Assembly (NCBI GenBank): GCA_965198115.1 | Contig: OZ240241.1 | Coordinates: forward strand, 6,912,001 to 6,976,000 | Direction of reading: 5' to 3' | DNA: 64,000 nt | Source: Candidatus Latescibacterota bacterium | GTDB taxonomy: Bacteria; Latescibacterota; UBA2968 | In this document: in pieces, positions 21,413 through 31,513 of the stretch | Layout: every line of letters starts with the position of its first letter | How positions within the stretch are numbered: the first letter of the stretch is position 1 | Program-made: the position numbers and the translations under genes | Notes under the pieces: generated by a model | The model's input: the letters and a program-made list of their open reading frames with translations, nothing else | Databases searched by the model: none | What the model was told of the DNA's origin: nothing

Positions 21413-22672
21413 ATGCCAGATTTAGTGCCCTTTCACGGAGGGTTGAAGACGCCGACGATCTGTTTGGTGCCCACGGACGATCAGGAGGAGGCGAGGGTCC
21501 GGGCGGCGACATTGCAGAAAGTCTCGGTGAGCGATGCGGATCTGTCGACAGTTCAGCGGTTTGGAGATGGTGCGCTCAGTCCCCTCGCGGGTCCGATGGG
21601 TGCGGAAACCTACCACCGCGTTCTCGAAGAATCGGTGATCGATCACGCGGGTAGTCTGTATGCCTGGACGATCCCGATCGCCCTGCCGGTGGACGAGCAG
21701 ACGGCCAACCGGCTCGGAGAGGGCGAAAGGGTCGCCCTGGTCGACGGCAACGACGAGATCGTTGCAACGCTGACTGTGTCCGATGTTTTCCGGTGGGACA
21801 AGCTGCACTATCTCGAGCGGGTTTATCTGACAGACCGGATGGACCATCCCGGCGCCGACATGGTGCTCGACGGCGATGGGAACAAGACGCATTTGATCGG
21901 GGGATCTATCGAGGTTTTCCCAACTGTAGCCCAGAGGGCTTTTGGTTCCTACGTCAAGTCCCCGGCTGAAGTGCGGTCCCTTCTTTCAGAAGCTGGATGG
22001 GACCGTGCAGTGGCGTTCCAGACGCGGAATCCTCTACATAGAGCCCACGAGTACGCCCTTGTTTATGGGCTCGAACATCTACTCCGAAACGGACACAACG
22101 CCGGAGCGTGTCTCAACCCCTTGATCGGAGAGACGAAGTCCGACGACGTGAATGCGGAAATCCGCATGCAGACTTACGAGGCGCTGATCGACGCCCGCGC
22201 ATTGGGAGATGGAGACAGCGACGTCGAGCTCTGGTCGCGGATCGGTGGGTCGGTGGCCGATCGGGTCGTTCTGTTGGGTCTGGACATCAAGATGTTCTAC
22301 GGGGGACCCAAGGAGGCCGTCATGCACGCGATTTACCGTCAGAACTATGGATTCACGGATATCGTGATTGGGCGAAAGCACGCAGACGCGCCCTACCACG
22401 ATGGAGAGGCCATATGGGGAGACTTCGACGCTCAGGAGATTTTTGAAAACCTGAACGGCGACCTCCAGATCAGGCCCCTCAACGTGGGTTTTGCGGCGTT
22501 CTACGAGTCGATCGGACGGGTCGATCTGATGGAAAATCACAAGGACGAGGATCCCGTCTTCATTTCTGGGAAAAAGGTCCGCGAGCTCCTGGGGAACGGT
22601 GATCCGGTCGATCCACGGATCATGCGACCGAGTACGGCCACGATCCTGTCCGAGGCGATGGCCGTGGCTTGA
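21413..22672 (+). CDS. sat: Sulfate adenylyltransferase (ATP sulfurylase)
   Basis: [47 protein letters not shown]. Confidence 0.9.
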   Translation: MPDLVPFHGGLKTPTICLVPTDDQEEARVRAATLQKVSVSDADLSTVQRFGDGALSPLAGPMGAETYHRVLEESVIDHAGSLYAWTIPIALPVDEQTANRLGEGERVALVDGNDEIVATLTVSDVFRWDKLHYLERVYLTDRMDHPGADMVLDGDGNKTHLIGGSIEVFPTVAQRAFGSYVKSPAEVRSLLSEAGWDRAVAFQTRNPLHRAHEYALVYGLEHLLRNGHNAGACLNPLIGETKSDDVNAEIRMQTYEALIDARALGDGDSDVELWSRIGGSVADRVVLLGLDIKMFYGGPKEAVMHAIYRQNYGFTDIVIGRKHADAPYHDGEAIWGDFDAQEIFENLNGDLQIRPLNVGFAAFYESIGRVDLMENHKDEDPVFISGKKVRELLGNGDPVDPRIMRPSTATILSEAMAVA

Positions 22673-22696
22673 CACGGTGTTACAGAAGGCCCCTTG

Positions 22697-22730
22697 CCCC
22701 CGGCCGATTTCGGTCGGGGGTTTTTCTTTT
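22697..22730 (+). terminator. Rho-independent terminator after sat
   Basis: cccccggccg-attt-cggtcggggg followed by tttttctttt. Confidence 0.85.
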
Positions 22731-22810
22731 GGGAATGAATTTCCGGGCTGGAAACTCGGTGACAGGTTCTAAGTTCATATAAAACAGTATATAAAGATCT
22801 TGCCTTCCTG

Positions 22811-22825
22811 TGGCACAGGCCTTGC
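22811..22825 (+). promoter_or_regulatory. sigma54 promoter upstream of PilZ-like paralogue 1
   Basis: TGGCACAGGCCTTGC with GG-N10-GC spacing, preceded by an AT-rich tract (22768-22800). Confidence 0.7.
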
Positions 22826-22972
22826 GACGCCCTCAGATGAACCCGTCCGCCTCGATCGATTGGGCGCTGGGTATTTCTGTACATCCGCCGATAAATACTA
22901 TGGCACTAAATAGATCTATTGTGTGCCGCGGCGGGCTTGGAACCACCCCACTTTCAAGCAGGGAGTCAAAGG

Positions 22973-24378
22973 ATGCTCGCGAAGATCTTTAAGAAGACTT
23001 CGACGCCCAAAGGCCCGGGCGTCAGCCCGGCCATCGCCAGACTGAATCAATTCGGGACTCGATCGGCGATCTGTACGGTTGTCGCGGACGGCCAGGGTCA
23101 GGACACGAACGAGGAAGTGGGTCTCGTTTCGCTCTATGCCTCGCCCAACCGTCTCTACAGCAGAGAGGGATTCATCTACCTCGCCCCCCCCCCGCAGGCT
23201 ACGACTACCAGACAGGTCCGTTACGGGGTCGTGGAGAACGAATTCAGCTGAGATTCCAGTACCAGAGGGCACCTTACAGCCTCGACTGCGAAGTCGTCCA
23301 GCGCGTTAGGTTTTCCGACCGTCTTTTGGCAGGGTTGGAGCCCCGCGTGACGATCGGGTTGAAGCTGAAGCCTTTGGGTGCAGTCGTTAAGAACGAACAC
23401 CGGCGATCCCTCCGGTTCGGTCACGTTCGGGGCGTAAAGGGGCCGGTTGTTGCCCCCAACTTCCGTTTCGACGCGTATGCCGAACGTGTGTGTGTGGATG
23501 GTTCGCTCGAGAACAAGCCCGAGGTGATTCCGTATCCCGGTGATGACGCCATACCCGAATCCGTGAAGGCGTGCGTGAGCCCTGAAGAAATGGTGGAGCT
23601 TTTCCATCGCACGATTCGCACGAACCCCGAGGCGCTCCGTTCTGTGCATATCACGAAGGCCGAACGCGATGTGCGACACGGCCGAACCGATCTCGTCTAC
23701 TTCGGCTACGCACCCGTCCTCGGTCTGGACGGCGAGACGTGGACCACCCACATCAACATCCGTCGTCCCCGACGTGTCGGGGGGCCGAATCTCAAGGATG
23801 GAGATGTCGTTATCCTTCACTTTGTGTGGCGCGAGCTGACGAAGAACGTCGACCAGCATCACAGCTGGGTCTGTCGCGTCTTCCGCACGGGTGTGAAGGT
23901 CATTACCCTCCGGCCGAAGGGCATCATCCAAAGGCAAACGGGTCTACCCGTCGTCGTGAGAGACTTCAGCGTCAGCGGCGTTTCAATCCAGAACAGCCCG
24001 CTTCTGGAAACCTACCTGTTGGATGGAGAGGGTATTTCCAGCGATCCCCGGATCCTGTGCGAACAGCTGGTCGGTCAGAGCCTTCTGTTCACGTTCTATC
24101 CGCGTCTGCACTACCCTGGCGATCTGTCGGCCTATCAGCCTCTAGTGCCGCCGGTCATTCCGCTGATCGGCGAAGTGGTCCGGGGACAGATCGACCCGGG
24201 TAAAGACAAGGGTCGCGTTGCCAATCTCGGTGTTGCCTTCCGATACGATCCGGCAGACTACGACCCGTCCCTTTACGTTGTGTCGGCGTGGGAACCTCTA
24301 CGTGCCCTGAGGGACAACCCTCATTTCAAAGAGATTCATCGATCTTTGAACGGAATGCTGGCCTACCTCAAACGATAA
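22973..24378 (+). CDS. Uncharacterised PilZ-like protein, paralogue 1; frameshifted at a C10 tract (23184-23193)
   Basis: ATG 22973 reads MLAKIFKK to FIYLAPP. After a frame change it continues PAGYDYQTGPLRGRGERIQLRF, EHRRSLRF, RDFSVSG, HFKEIHRSLNGMLAYL. It aligns along its length with the gene at 49737-52578. Confidence 0.8.
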
Positions 24379-24401
24379 TTCTCAAAGGATCAGATCATCC
24401 G

Positions 24402-24437
24402 AAGGCCTCGCACGATGATCGTGCGGGGCCTTTTCTT
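24402..24437 (+). terminator. Terminator after PilZ-like paralogue 1
   Basis: aaggcctcgcacg ... cgtgcggggcctttt. Confidence 0.75.
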
Positions 24438-24582
24438 GTCGACGATTGATGGCGTGGTAGACACACTCATATAAGGGAAGGGTGAAGTCGACGCGTAAGT
24501 GATGTATCGATTGCTCTTGTGGGCTTTGCGCCGAGTCGTGGTGCGTGCAGCCTTGCGATGCCCTAGTATTTCACACGACGAA

Positions 24583-24610
24583 GCCCCGTTCGATTTGGTT
24601 CGAACGGGGC
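24583..24610 (-). terminator. Hairpin downstream of the TPR gene
   Basis: gccccgttcga-tttggt-tcgaacggggc. Confidence 0.55.
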
Positions 24611-24640
24611 GTTCCTTTGGGGCAAGCAGAGAGAAGGGGT

Positions 24641-27600
24641 TTATGAGTTGCCGGGAAGGGCATCCAGCCGATTCTGGACTCGCTCGATTTCGGCATCCCA
24701 ACCGGACTGTTCTGTGGCCGCGTCGATCCAGCGAGACCAGGCATCACGGGCGTCTTCGACGCGCTCATCTGCCTCGCACGCGAGAGCGAGACCGCGGAGC
24801 GAACCCATGTCCGAGGGCGATAGAGAGAGGGCGATGCGGTAGGCTTCGATGGCCAGTGCGGGGTCTCCTGTCGCCAGGGCGATATGACCGACGAGTCGCT
24901 GCGCGTCGAGGACACCGCTGCTCTGTTTGAGCAAGGCGGCGAGGTGATCGAGCGCGGCTTCGTATTGCTCTGCCTGGTAGTAAAGTGTGGCGAGATTCAA
25001 GTAGATGGTCAGGTCGCGAGGGGCCTTCTCCAGACCGACTCCGTAGGCTTCGATCGCCGCTTCGAACTGCCCTTGGGAGGCGAGAATAGAACCGATGTTA
25101 ACGTGCGGGTCCGCACTCTTCGGATCCTCGCGAACGGCCTCGTGGTAGTGCTCGAGTGCGGCGGCCGTGTCACCGGCGCTGAGGGCGATGTTCCCCAGAC
25201 CGAGGATGGCTGCCGATCGCTGGAGCGGATCCTCGGCGGCCATTTCGTAGGCGCTTCGTGCCGACTCGGTTTCCTGGATGTAGAGATAGGCGTTGGCGAG
25301 GGCAAGGCGGAGGTCACCACGGTCGGGTGCCTCGGCCAGAGCACGCTTGAGTGTGAGGACGGCGCTCGGCGCGTGGCCGGTCTGAATCTGCAGTGCGGAC
25401 AGGTTGAGGGCAGCGGCCTTGAAAGCGGAATCTCTTTCGAGCGCTGTCTTGTAAGCCGCCATCGCGTTCTCATACCGTCCGGCTTCCACGTCCAGACGCC
25501 CCAGGTTGTAGATGGCCTGGGGTGTCGGGTTCAGCCGCTCGGCGGATTCGAACGCGTGTCGTGCGTCAGCAGTTTCGCCGATCGCGGCGTGGGCGAGTCC
25601 AAGGTCATTCCACGCAGATCCATTCTGCGCGTCGATGGACAGGGCCCTGCGGAATCGATCGATGGCCGTTGTATGATCGCCCTGATTCAGGGCGCTTCTG
25701 GCTTCGGCGATCAGTGTGGACGGCGTGGGTGTGGGCCTGCGACGTTCGGGAGGCCGAACCCGGGCGAGCCCGGCCAGGGCCACAGCGTTCTCCGGGTCTA
25801 GCCGAAGGGCGTTGCGGAAGGCCTGTCGGGATTCGGCCCGTCGATTCAGGGATTCTGCCGAAAGGCCGAGACCGAGGAAGGCGTCGGCTCGTCGGGCATC
25901 CGAATCGATCGCTCTCATATACTGTGTGCGAGCGGCTCTGTGTCGATCGAGTTCTCTGAGCACGTTTCCGAGGGCGATGAGCAACTCGACGTCGCCCGGG
26001 GCGTGATCGAGGGCGGCAGTATAGACTTCGGCCGCGCTGGTTCGGTCGCCGAGTTGCTCGTAGACGGACCCGAGACGGCGCGAGAGTAGGACGTCGCCCG
26101 GGAATGCGGCGATGGCGCGTTCGTAGGTGCCGACGGCTTCGCGCAACCGTCCGGTTTGTTCGTAGAGGTCGCCACGGATGGCCGAGAGCTCGGGACGGTC
26201 GGCCACACTGTCCAGAATCCGTTCGACCGCTCCTGGCTCATCCAGGTTCAGGTAGGCACGTGAGAGGGGTTCGGCGATTTTGTCGACTGATGCCCCTTTA
26301 ATGAGAGCGTCCTCGTAGGCCGTGACGGCGGCCTGGAACCGGCCTCGTTCGGCGTAGAGACGCGCGGCCAAAAGAACGACGTCGGTTCGGTTCGTGTCGA
26401 GGGCAAGCGACTGAACGAATGAATCGGCGGCGCCTTCGTCGTTGAGGGTCGTGTAAGCCTCGACGAGAGGATCGGCGATGTCTTCGAGGGGCACGCCTTT
26501 GATCAGGGCGTTTTCGTAAGCTAGGACTGCGGCTTCGACGTCTCCGCTGAGGGTGTGGAGTTCGCCGATCTCGAGCAGGAGGTCGAGTCGATCGGGTGCG
26601 AGTTCGAGTGCCCGGTGCAGGCGCTCCTGAGCCATTCCATAGTCTTGCTTTTCGCGCGAGAGCTGGCCGGCCGCGTGCCACAGGTCGGCCGATTCGGAAC
26701 CGATCGCAACGGCATCCTCGAACGCCTGTTCGGCGCCGAGTAGATGATTCTGGCGGGTGCGGGAAACGATCATTCCGAGATGATGAATCGGATCTCCTGG
26801 TTGGAGATCGATGGCCCGTCGAAAGAGGCCTTCGGCTTCCGAGGGCTCACCGACGGCGATCAGGAAGCTGCCAACCTCGCTCAGCCTTTCCGGCTCCCTG
26901 TTGTAGAGGGAGAGGGCAATGTCGTAGTGGCGGCGCGCTTCATCGAATCGCCCTGCCTCCGCGTGGAGACGTGCGAGACGGGCGTAGGCCCGATCGTCAT
27001 CCGGCTGTGCCTCGAGTACGGACATCAAGGCGGAGATCTCGCCAGCCGGATCGTCGTGGGCTCGCGCCAGGGCGGCCAGAGACCAGCGAGGTCGAGGGTC
27101 TTTGGGGTCGAGGGCCGAAGCCAGACCGAAGGCTACTTTTGCACCGCTCGTGTCACCCTGGCTTTGGAGCACGCTCCCTTCGAGGAGATGGGCGTCGCCA
27201 TAGTCGGGGTCGAGACGGAGGGCTCGGCGAAGGGCTTCTGCTGCGAATCGTCTTGCCTGCTCGTCGGGTGTGGCGTGGCCGACGGCTTCGATGGCTTCGG
27301 AGATGAATCGGAAAGCGTCGACGGTATGCGTGGGTCGTCCGTAGGCTCGTAGTGCACGGGTTTCGACAACACCGAGTCGATCGAGAATCTGCTGGGTGAG
27401 GCCGTCGTAGAGCTCGAACAGACCGTCTTGTGCACCTTCGACGAAGGCACTCCCGAGCGAGACGTCTTCGGGGTAGCCGTAGAGCCGCGCGGCGAGCCAC
27501 ATTTCTGCGCCTTCGGGGACTTCCTTGGAGATAGCCGTGGATCCGATCAGCTCTCGCGCCCGCTCCCGTTCGTGAGAGTTGCCGACCCGACCGATGATGA

Positions 27601-27907
27601 GAACGTCCGTGTTCAGCCAGCGTCCGACGCGACGTAGCGCCGGAATCGGCAGTTCGCCGGCCTGTCGGATGTCGATTCCAATGGCCGCGCCCAGCTCGTC
27701 GAGGCGTGCTTTCTTCAACGGGCGGAGTTGCCCCGTTCTTTCGAGCTTCCCGGCGAGGGTTCGGGCTGTCGCGGTCGACAGCCACGCCTGATCGTGCCCG
27801 GCCGAGAAGGGGAGCACGACTACGTTGCGCCGCACCTGTCCAGATGCAGAAACCGGGAGCATCAGCGCGGACAGGAGCCAGAGCAGGGTTCGTGTGTAGA
27901 AAGTCAT
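24641..27907 (-). CDS. Large secreted tetratricopeptide-repeat protein
   Basis: Signal peptide; N-terminal VVVLPFS...WLS segment (TolB-N/CsgG-like); then many TPR units; 1088 aa. Confidence 0.85.
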   Translation of the reverse strand: MTFYTRTLLWLLSALMLPVSASGQVRRNVVVLPFSAGHDQAWLSTATARTLAGKLERTGQLRPLKKARLDELGAAIGIDIRQAGELPIPALRRVGRWLNTDVLIIGRVGNSHERERARELIGSTAISKEVPEGAEMWLAARLYGYPEDVSLGSAFVEGAQDGLFELYDGLTQQILDRLGVVETRALRAYGRPTHTVDAFRFISEAIEAVGHATPDEQARRFAAEALRRALRLDPDYGDAHLLEGSVLQSQGDTSGAKVAFGLASALDPKDPRPRWSLAALARAHDDPAGEISALMSVLEAQPDDDRAYARLARLHAEAGRFDEARRHYDIALSLYNREPERLSEVGSFLIAVGEPSEAEGLFRRAIDLQPGDPIHHLGMIVSRTRQNHLLGAEQAFEDAVAIGSESADLWHAAGQLSREKQDYGMAQERLHRALELAPDRLDLLLEIGELHTLSGDVEAAVLAYENALIKGVPLEDIADPLVEAYTTLNDEGAADSFVQSLALDTNRTDVVLLAARLYAERGRFQAAVTAYEDALIKGASVDKIAEPLSRAYLNLDEPGAVERILDSVADRPELSAIRGDLYEQTGRLREAVGTYERAIAAFPGDVLLSRRLGSVYEQLGDRTSAAEVYTAALDHAPGDVELLIALGNVLRELDRHRAARTQYMRAIDSDARRADAFLGLGLSAESLNRRAESRQAFRNALRLDPENAVALAGLARVRPPERRRPTPTPSTLIAEARSALNQGDHTTAIDRFRRALSIDAQNGSAWNDLGLAHAAIGETADARHAFESAERLNPTPQAIYNLGRLDVEAGRYENAMAAYKTALERDSAFKAAALNLSALQIQTGHAPSAVLTLKRALAEAPDRGDLRLALANAYLYIQETESARSAYEMAAEDPLQRSAAILGLGNIALSAGDTAAALEHYHEAVREDPKSADPHVNIGSILASQGQFEAAIEAYGVGLEKAPRDLTIYLNLATLYYQAEQYEAALDHLAALLKQSSGVLDAQRLVGHIALATGDPALAIEAYRIALSLSPSDMGSLRGLALACEADERVEDARDAWSRWIDAATEQSGWDAEIERVQNRLDALPGNS

Positions 27908-27972
27908 GGGAGAGGGTCTCTTACCTATCTTTATGATTCATCGGCAGTTTGCGCGATTTCATCACACGGATT

Positions 27973-29289
27973 TCATCGGATTCGGGCCAGTTTCGCGGCA
28001 AAGCCGCCGTCGTCGCCCGGACGTTCTGGAAACAGGGCAAGGAATTCAGCCTCCCCGAAGGGCACGATCCGAAAACGATCGTCCTGGTCGAGAAAATGCC
28101 GGATGACGTGCTCGTTTTCCTCCGGCTCCGTCGTGCAGGTGCTGTAGACGAGTAATCCGTCCATTTTGACGCGCTCGGCGGCGAATCGAAGGATGCGGGA
28201 CTGCTGGCGAGGCAGGGCTTCGAGATCCTTCAGGGTGCGCTTCCATTTGATCTCCGGGTGCCGGCCGATTGTCCCCAACCCCGTGCAAGGGACATCGACG
28301 AGGACACGGTCGAAACATACGTGCGTTGGAAGCTGGGCATCGTCTGCGCAGACGATGCGGACGTTCTGCCGCAAACGTCGAACATTGTGGGTCAGACGTC
28401 GCAGGCGTCGGACACTCCGATCCGTGGCCAGAACGGTGCCAGTAGGGCCCGTTTGAACGGCCGCCACACAGGCCTTGCCGCCCGGTGCTGCACAGACATC
28501 CAGGACGGTGTGGCCTGGGCGGATCGAGGCACTGTCGATGATTCGGGCGGCAGACGGACCCTGTGCGATGAACCATCCGTTCGAAAAGGCCTGGGTCGCG
28601 AAGAGGTCCGAGGCGTGATCGACGTAGAAGAGATCGGGTAGGTCGGGATGGGGTCGAGGCTCGAAACCGTTCGAGGACAGTTCGTCGTTGAGCTGGATCG
28701 CGGTTGCGTTGCTTTGACAGACCCGGATGCTGACGGGTTGGCGCGCGTTCATGGCTTCGAGCGCTACGGTGCTACGATCGATACCGTATCGGTCGACCCA
28801 TCGGTTGACGAGCCACTGGGGGAAAGATTGTGATAACGCCAGTCGTGTGCCATCAGAATCTGAGGACGTCGATGACGGCTCGGGTTTTCGCCGATCCGCG
28901 ATTCCGCGGAGCACGGCGTTCACGAGTCTTGCGCGTTTGGAATCGCGTTGCCGGGCGAGGTCGACTGCCTCCGACACGACGGCATAGGCCGGGACCCGGT
29001 CCAGATGTCGCAGCTGGTAGGTACTGAGACGAAGGAGGGTGAGGGTCACGCCGGGCAGCCGGTCGAGCGGCTGGTCCAGGTAGGTGTTTAGCACGCTGTC
29101 GATCCGTCGTCGCCAGCGAAGCGTGCCGAGGACGATTTCCCGGACGAGGGCCTGGTCCTTCGCAGTCAACCCGTTCTGTCCGAGTTGTTCGAGGAGTTGG
29201 TCGGAGAAAGCCCCCTCATCAACCCGTTGGAGGATGTGAAGCGCCACGCCTCGTGCTGCGGGGGCAGTTTGGGTGGTGTGCTTGTCCAT
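27973..29289 (-). CDS. rsmB: 16S rRNA m5C967 methyltransferase
   Basis: NusB-like N-terminus (GTLRWRR, LVNAVLR); LDVCAAPGGK, DVPCTGLG, LVYSTCT. Confidence 0.9.
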   Translation of the reverse strand: MDKHTTQTAPAARGVALHILQRVDEGAFSDQLLEQLGQNGLTAKDQALVREIVLGTLRWRRRIDSVLNTYLDQPLDRLPGVTLTLLRLSTYQLRHLDRVPAYAVVSEAVDLARQRDSKRARLVNAVLRGIADRRKPEPSSTSSDSDGTRLALSQSFPQWLVNRWVDRYGIDRSTVALEAMNARQPVSIRVCQSNATAIQLNDELSSNGFEPRPHPDLPDLFYVDHASDLFATQAFSNGWFIAQGPSAARIIDSASIRPGHTVLDVCAAPGGKACVAAVQTGPTGTVLATDRSVRRLRRLTHNVRRLRQNVRIVCADDAQLPTHVCFDRVLVDVPCTGLGTIGRHPEIKWKRTLKDLEALPRQQSRILRFAAERVKMDGLLVYSTCTTEPEENEHVIRHFLDQDDRFRIVPFGEAEFLALFPERPGDDGGFAAKLARIR

Positions 29290-29310
29290 AGCTGGAGACT
29301 GACAAAATAA

Positions 29311-30731
29311 GGCTCTATCCGGGTTTCTCAACGGTGAAACTATAGAATGACAAGGTCATAGATCGTTCCCTACGCTTGGTTGTGTGTGTAGGACAATCAA
29401 AGCGAAGGGGGTGCGACCTATGACCGGGAGCAGATTACTATCGAAACTGCTGAGATTCAAGGGGTTCCGTGTTGTCAGCTGGTGGTTTGAGGGGAGAAGC
29501 TGTTTCGTCATCGCCGTAAAGCCACATAAGAATGGTTGTTGTTGTCCGGAGTGCGGCCGTCGAGGTAAAATCGTCCGCACAATGCCCCATCCGCGTCGGT
29601 GGCGTGACATTCCGGTGTGCGGGTGGAGGGTCTGGCTTCTCTACCATCCTCGGGAGATTCGGTGTCCTACCCACGGTCGTGTGGTCGAGGAGATTCCGTG
29701 GGCGGAGCGGTTCTCTCGGGTGACGTATCGCTTCGAGTATGCCATGCTGCGCTACTGCCAGACCATGACGCAGAAGGCGGCGTCCGAGTTACTGCGCATC
29801 TCTGCCTCGACGCTGTCGGATCTCCTTCACCGATCCATCACGCGGCTTCGTGAAGGTCATCGTATCCGAGGGCTCAAAACCATCGGGATCGACGAGATCT
29901 CCTACGCCAAGCGTCACAGGTACGCCACGCTCGTTTACGATCTGGACCGCTCCTGCGTGGTGTGGGTTGGCCGCGGCAGGGCGCGTAAAACGATCGATCG
30001 GTTCTTCACAGAGGCTCTCAGTCCCTACCAGAGATCCAAGATCGAGTGGGGCCTGCTGCGACATGAGCGAAGCTTACATCGGAGCCATCCAGGAACACTG
30101 TCCGAATGCCAAGCTGGTCCTCGATCGCTTTCACATCGTCAAGGCTCTCAATGCCGCCGTTGACGAGGTCCGTAAGGACCAGTGGCGTAAAGCTGCCCCG
30201 GATGAGCGCAAAGCCATGAAGGGCCTCCGATGGCTCCTCTACCGGCACTCAGCGACACGCTCCAGAGGGGATACTCGGACACTCAAAGCACTGGAGAAGG
30301 CGAACTACCGAATCTATAGAGCCTGGAGACTCAAGGACGAGTTCGAGCAGTTCTGGGAATACAAAGCGCCCTGGGCTGCCGAACGCTTCCTGAAATGCTG
30401 GACGACGTCCGCACTCAGAAGTCGACTTGAACCCCTGCGAAAGTTCGTCAGGACCCTGCGACAGCACTTCTTCGGCGTCCTCGCATTCGTGAACACGCGT
30501 CTTACCAACGCCATCGCCGAAGGCCTCAACCGAATCGTCCAAATCGTCAAGAACCGAGCCAGCGGATTCCGCACACTCGACGCATTCAACGATATGATCT
30601 TCCTTACCGTCGGAGACATAAACATCCCTGAGCAGATTCCGAAGAGGTTCCGCACACTCTAACCGCGCCCCCATGCCAGGAACCACGGCACCTTCACCCA
30701 CTTCATCTCGTTGAGAGATCCGGATATAGCC
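29311..30731 (+). mobile_element. ISL3-family insertion sequence, 1421 bp
   Basis: Terminal IRs ggctctatccgggtttctcaacg and cgttgagagatccggatatagcc. 8-bp target duplication caaaataa at 29303-29310 and 30732-30739. Confidence 0.93.
29420..30662 (+). CDS. ISL3 transposase (frameshift at the G run 30048-30051)
   Basis: Zinc finger CPECG, IGIDEISY, CDMSEAY, LDRFHIVK, TNAIAEGLN, ASGFR. The two ORFs join if one G is removed. Confidence 0.9.
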
Positions 30732-30898
30732 CAAAATAAGCCAGGGAGGAATGGCTGTGTCAAGGCGGTGAACTGCGCTAAGACCTTACGCAGCTTGACT
30801 TTGGGAAAACCTTCGGATAAATTCCTCCCTGCTTTCGCCGCGCCGTTGCAGGCGCGATCTGTTTTTATGGCACTCCCTGAAAGGGTAGGATTGTAAAG

Positions 30899-31510
30899 AT
30901 GCAAGATCATCCGAACGCACGGCTCGAGGAAGAAGACGAAGACGAAAAGGGGTCGAAGGATGTGGATTTTCTCGGGCGCAGTCTGATCAAAACGCGCACG
31001 ATTCTGATCTCTGACTCTGTGGATCACAAGCTGACCGCCCGCGTGACGGCTCAGCTGCTGTTTCTCGACAACGAAGATGCGGAAGCCCCGATCAAGATTT
31101 TCATCAACTCACCGGGGGGAAGTGCCGACGACGGGTTTGCGATCTACGACATGATCCGGTTCGTCCGTCCGAGGGTGAAGATCGTCAGTACCGGATTGTC
31201 TGCGAGTGCGGCAACGGTGATCATGCTCGCCGCGGCGAAGGAAGACCGTCTCGCTCTACCGAACGCGCGCATCATGATCCACCAGCCGTCGATGCGATCG
31301 CACGGTGCGGCCGAGGATATCAAGCGTACAGCCGAGCAGATTCTGAAGTTGCGCGAACGGATCAATGAACTCTACGCCGAGGAGACGGGTCAACCGTTTG
31401 AGAAGGTGTCGGAAGATACCGACAGAGATTATTGGATGACGGCGACTGAGGCCGTCGACTATGGATTGATCGATCGAGTCGTGACGAATCTGAGTGATCT
31501 CGAGGGCTGA
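30899..31510 (+). CDS. clpP: ATP-dependent Clp protease proteolytic subunit
   Basis: FINSPGG, GLSASAA, RIMIHQP, DTDRDYWMTATEAVDYGLID. Confidence 0.94.
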   Translation: MQDHPNARLEEEDEDEKGSKDVDFLGRSLIKTRTILISDSVDHKLTARVTAQLLFLDNEDAEAPIKIFINSPGGSADDGFAIYDMIRFVRPRVKIVSTGLSASAATVIMLAAAKEDRLALPNARIMIHQPSMRSHGAAEDIKRTAEQILKLRERINELYAEETGQPFEKVSEDTDRDYWMTATEAVDYGLIDRVVTNLSDLEG

Positions 31511-31513
31511 ACT

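Noticed and set aside
22868-22894. sigma28 promoter (GCCGATAA)
   Set aside because: No TAAA -35 element at the expected distance.
24438-24582. sRNA or sigma54 promoter between two hairpins (TGCGTGCAGCCTTGC at 24542)
   Set aside because: It lacks the invariant GG, and no downstream gene or convincing structure was seen.
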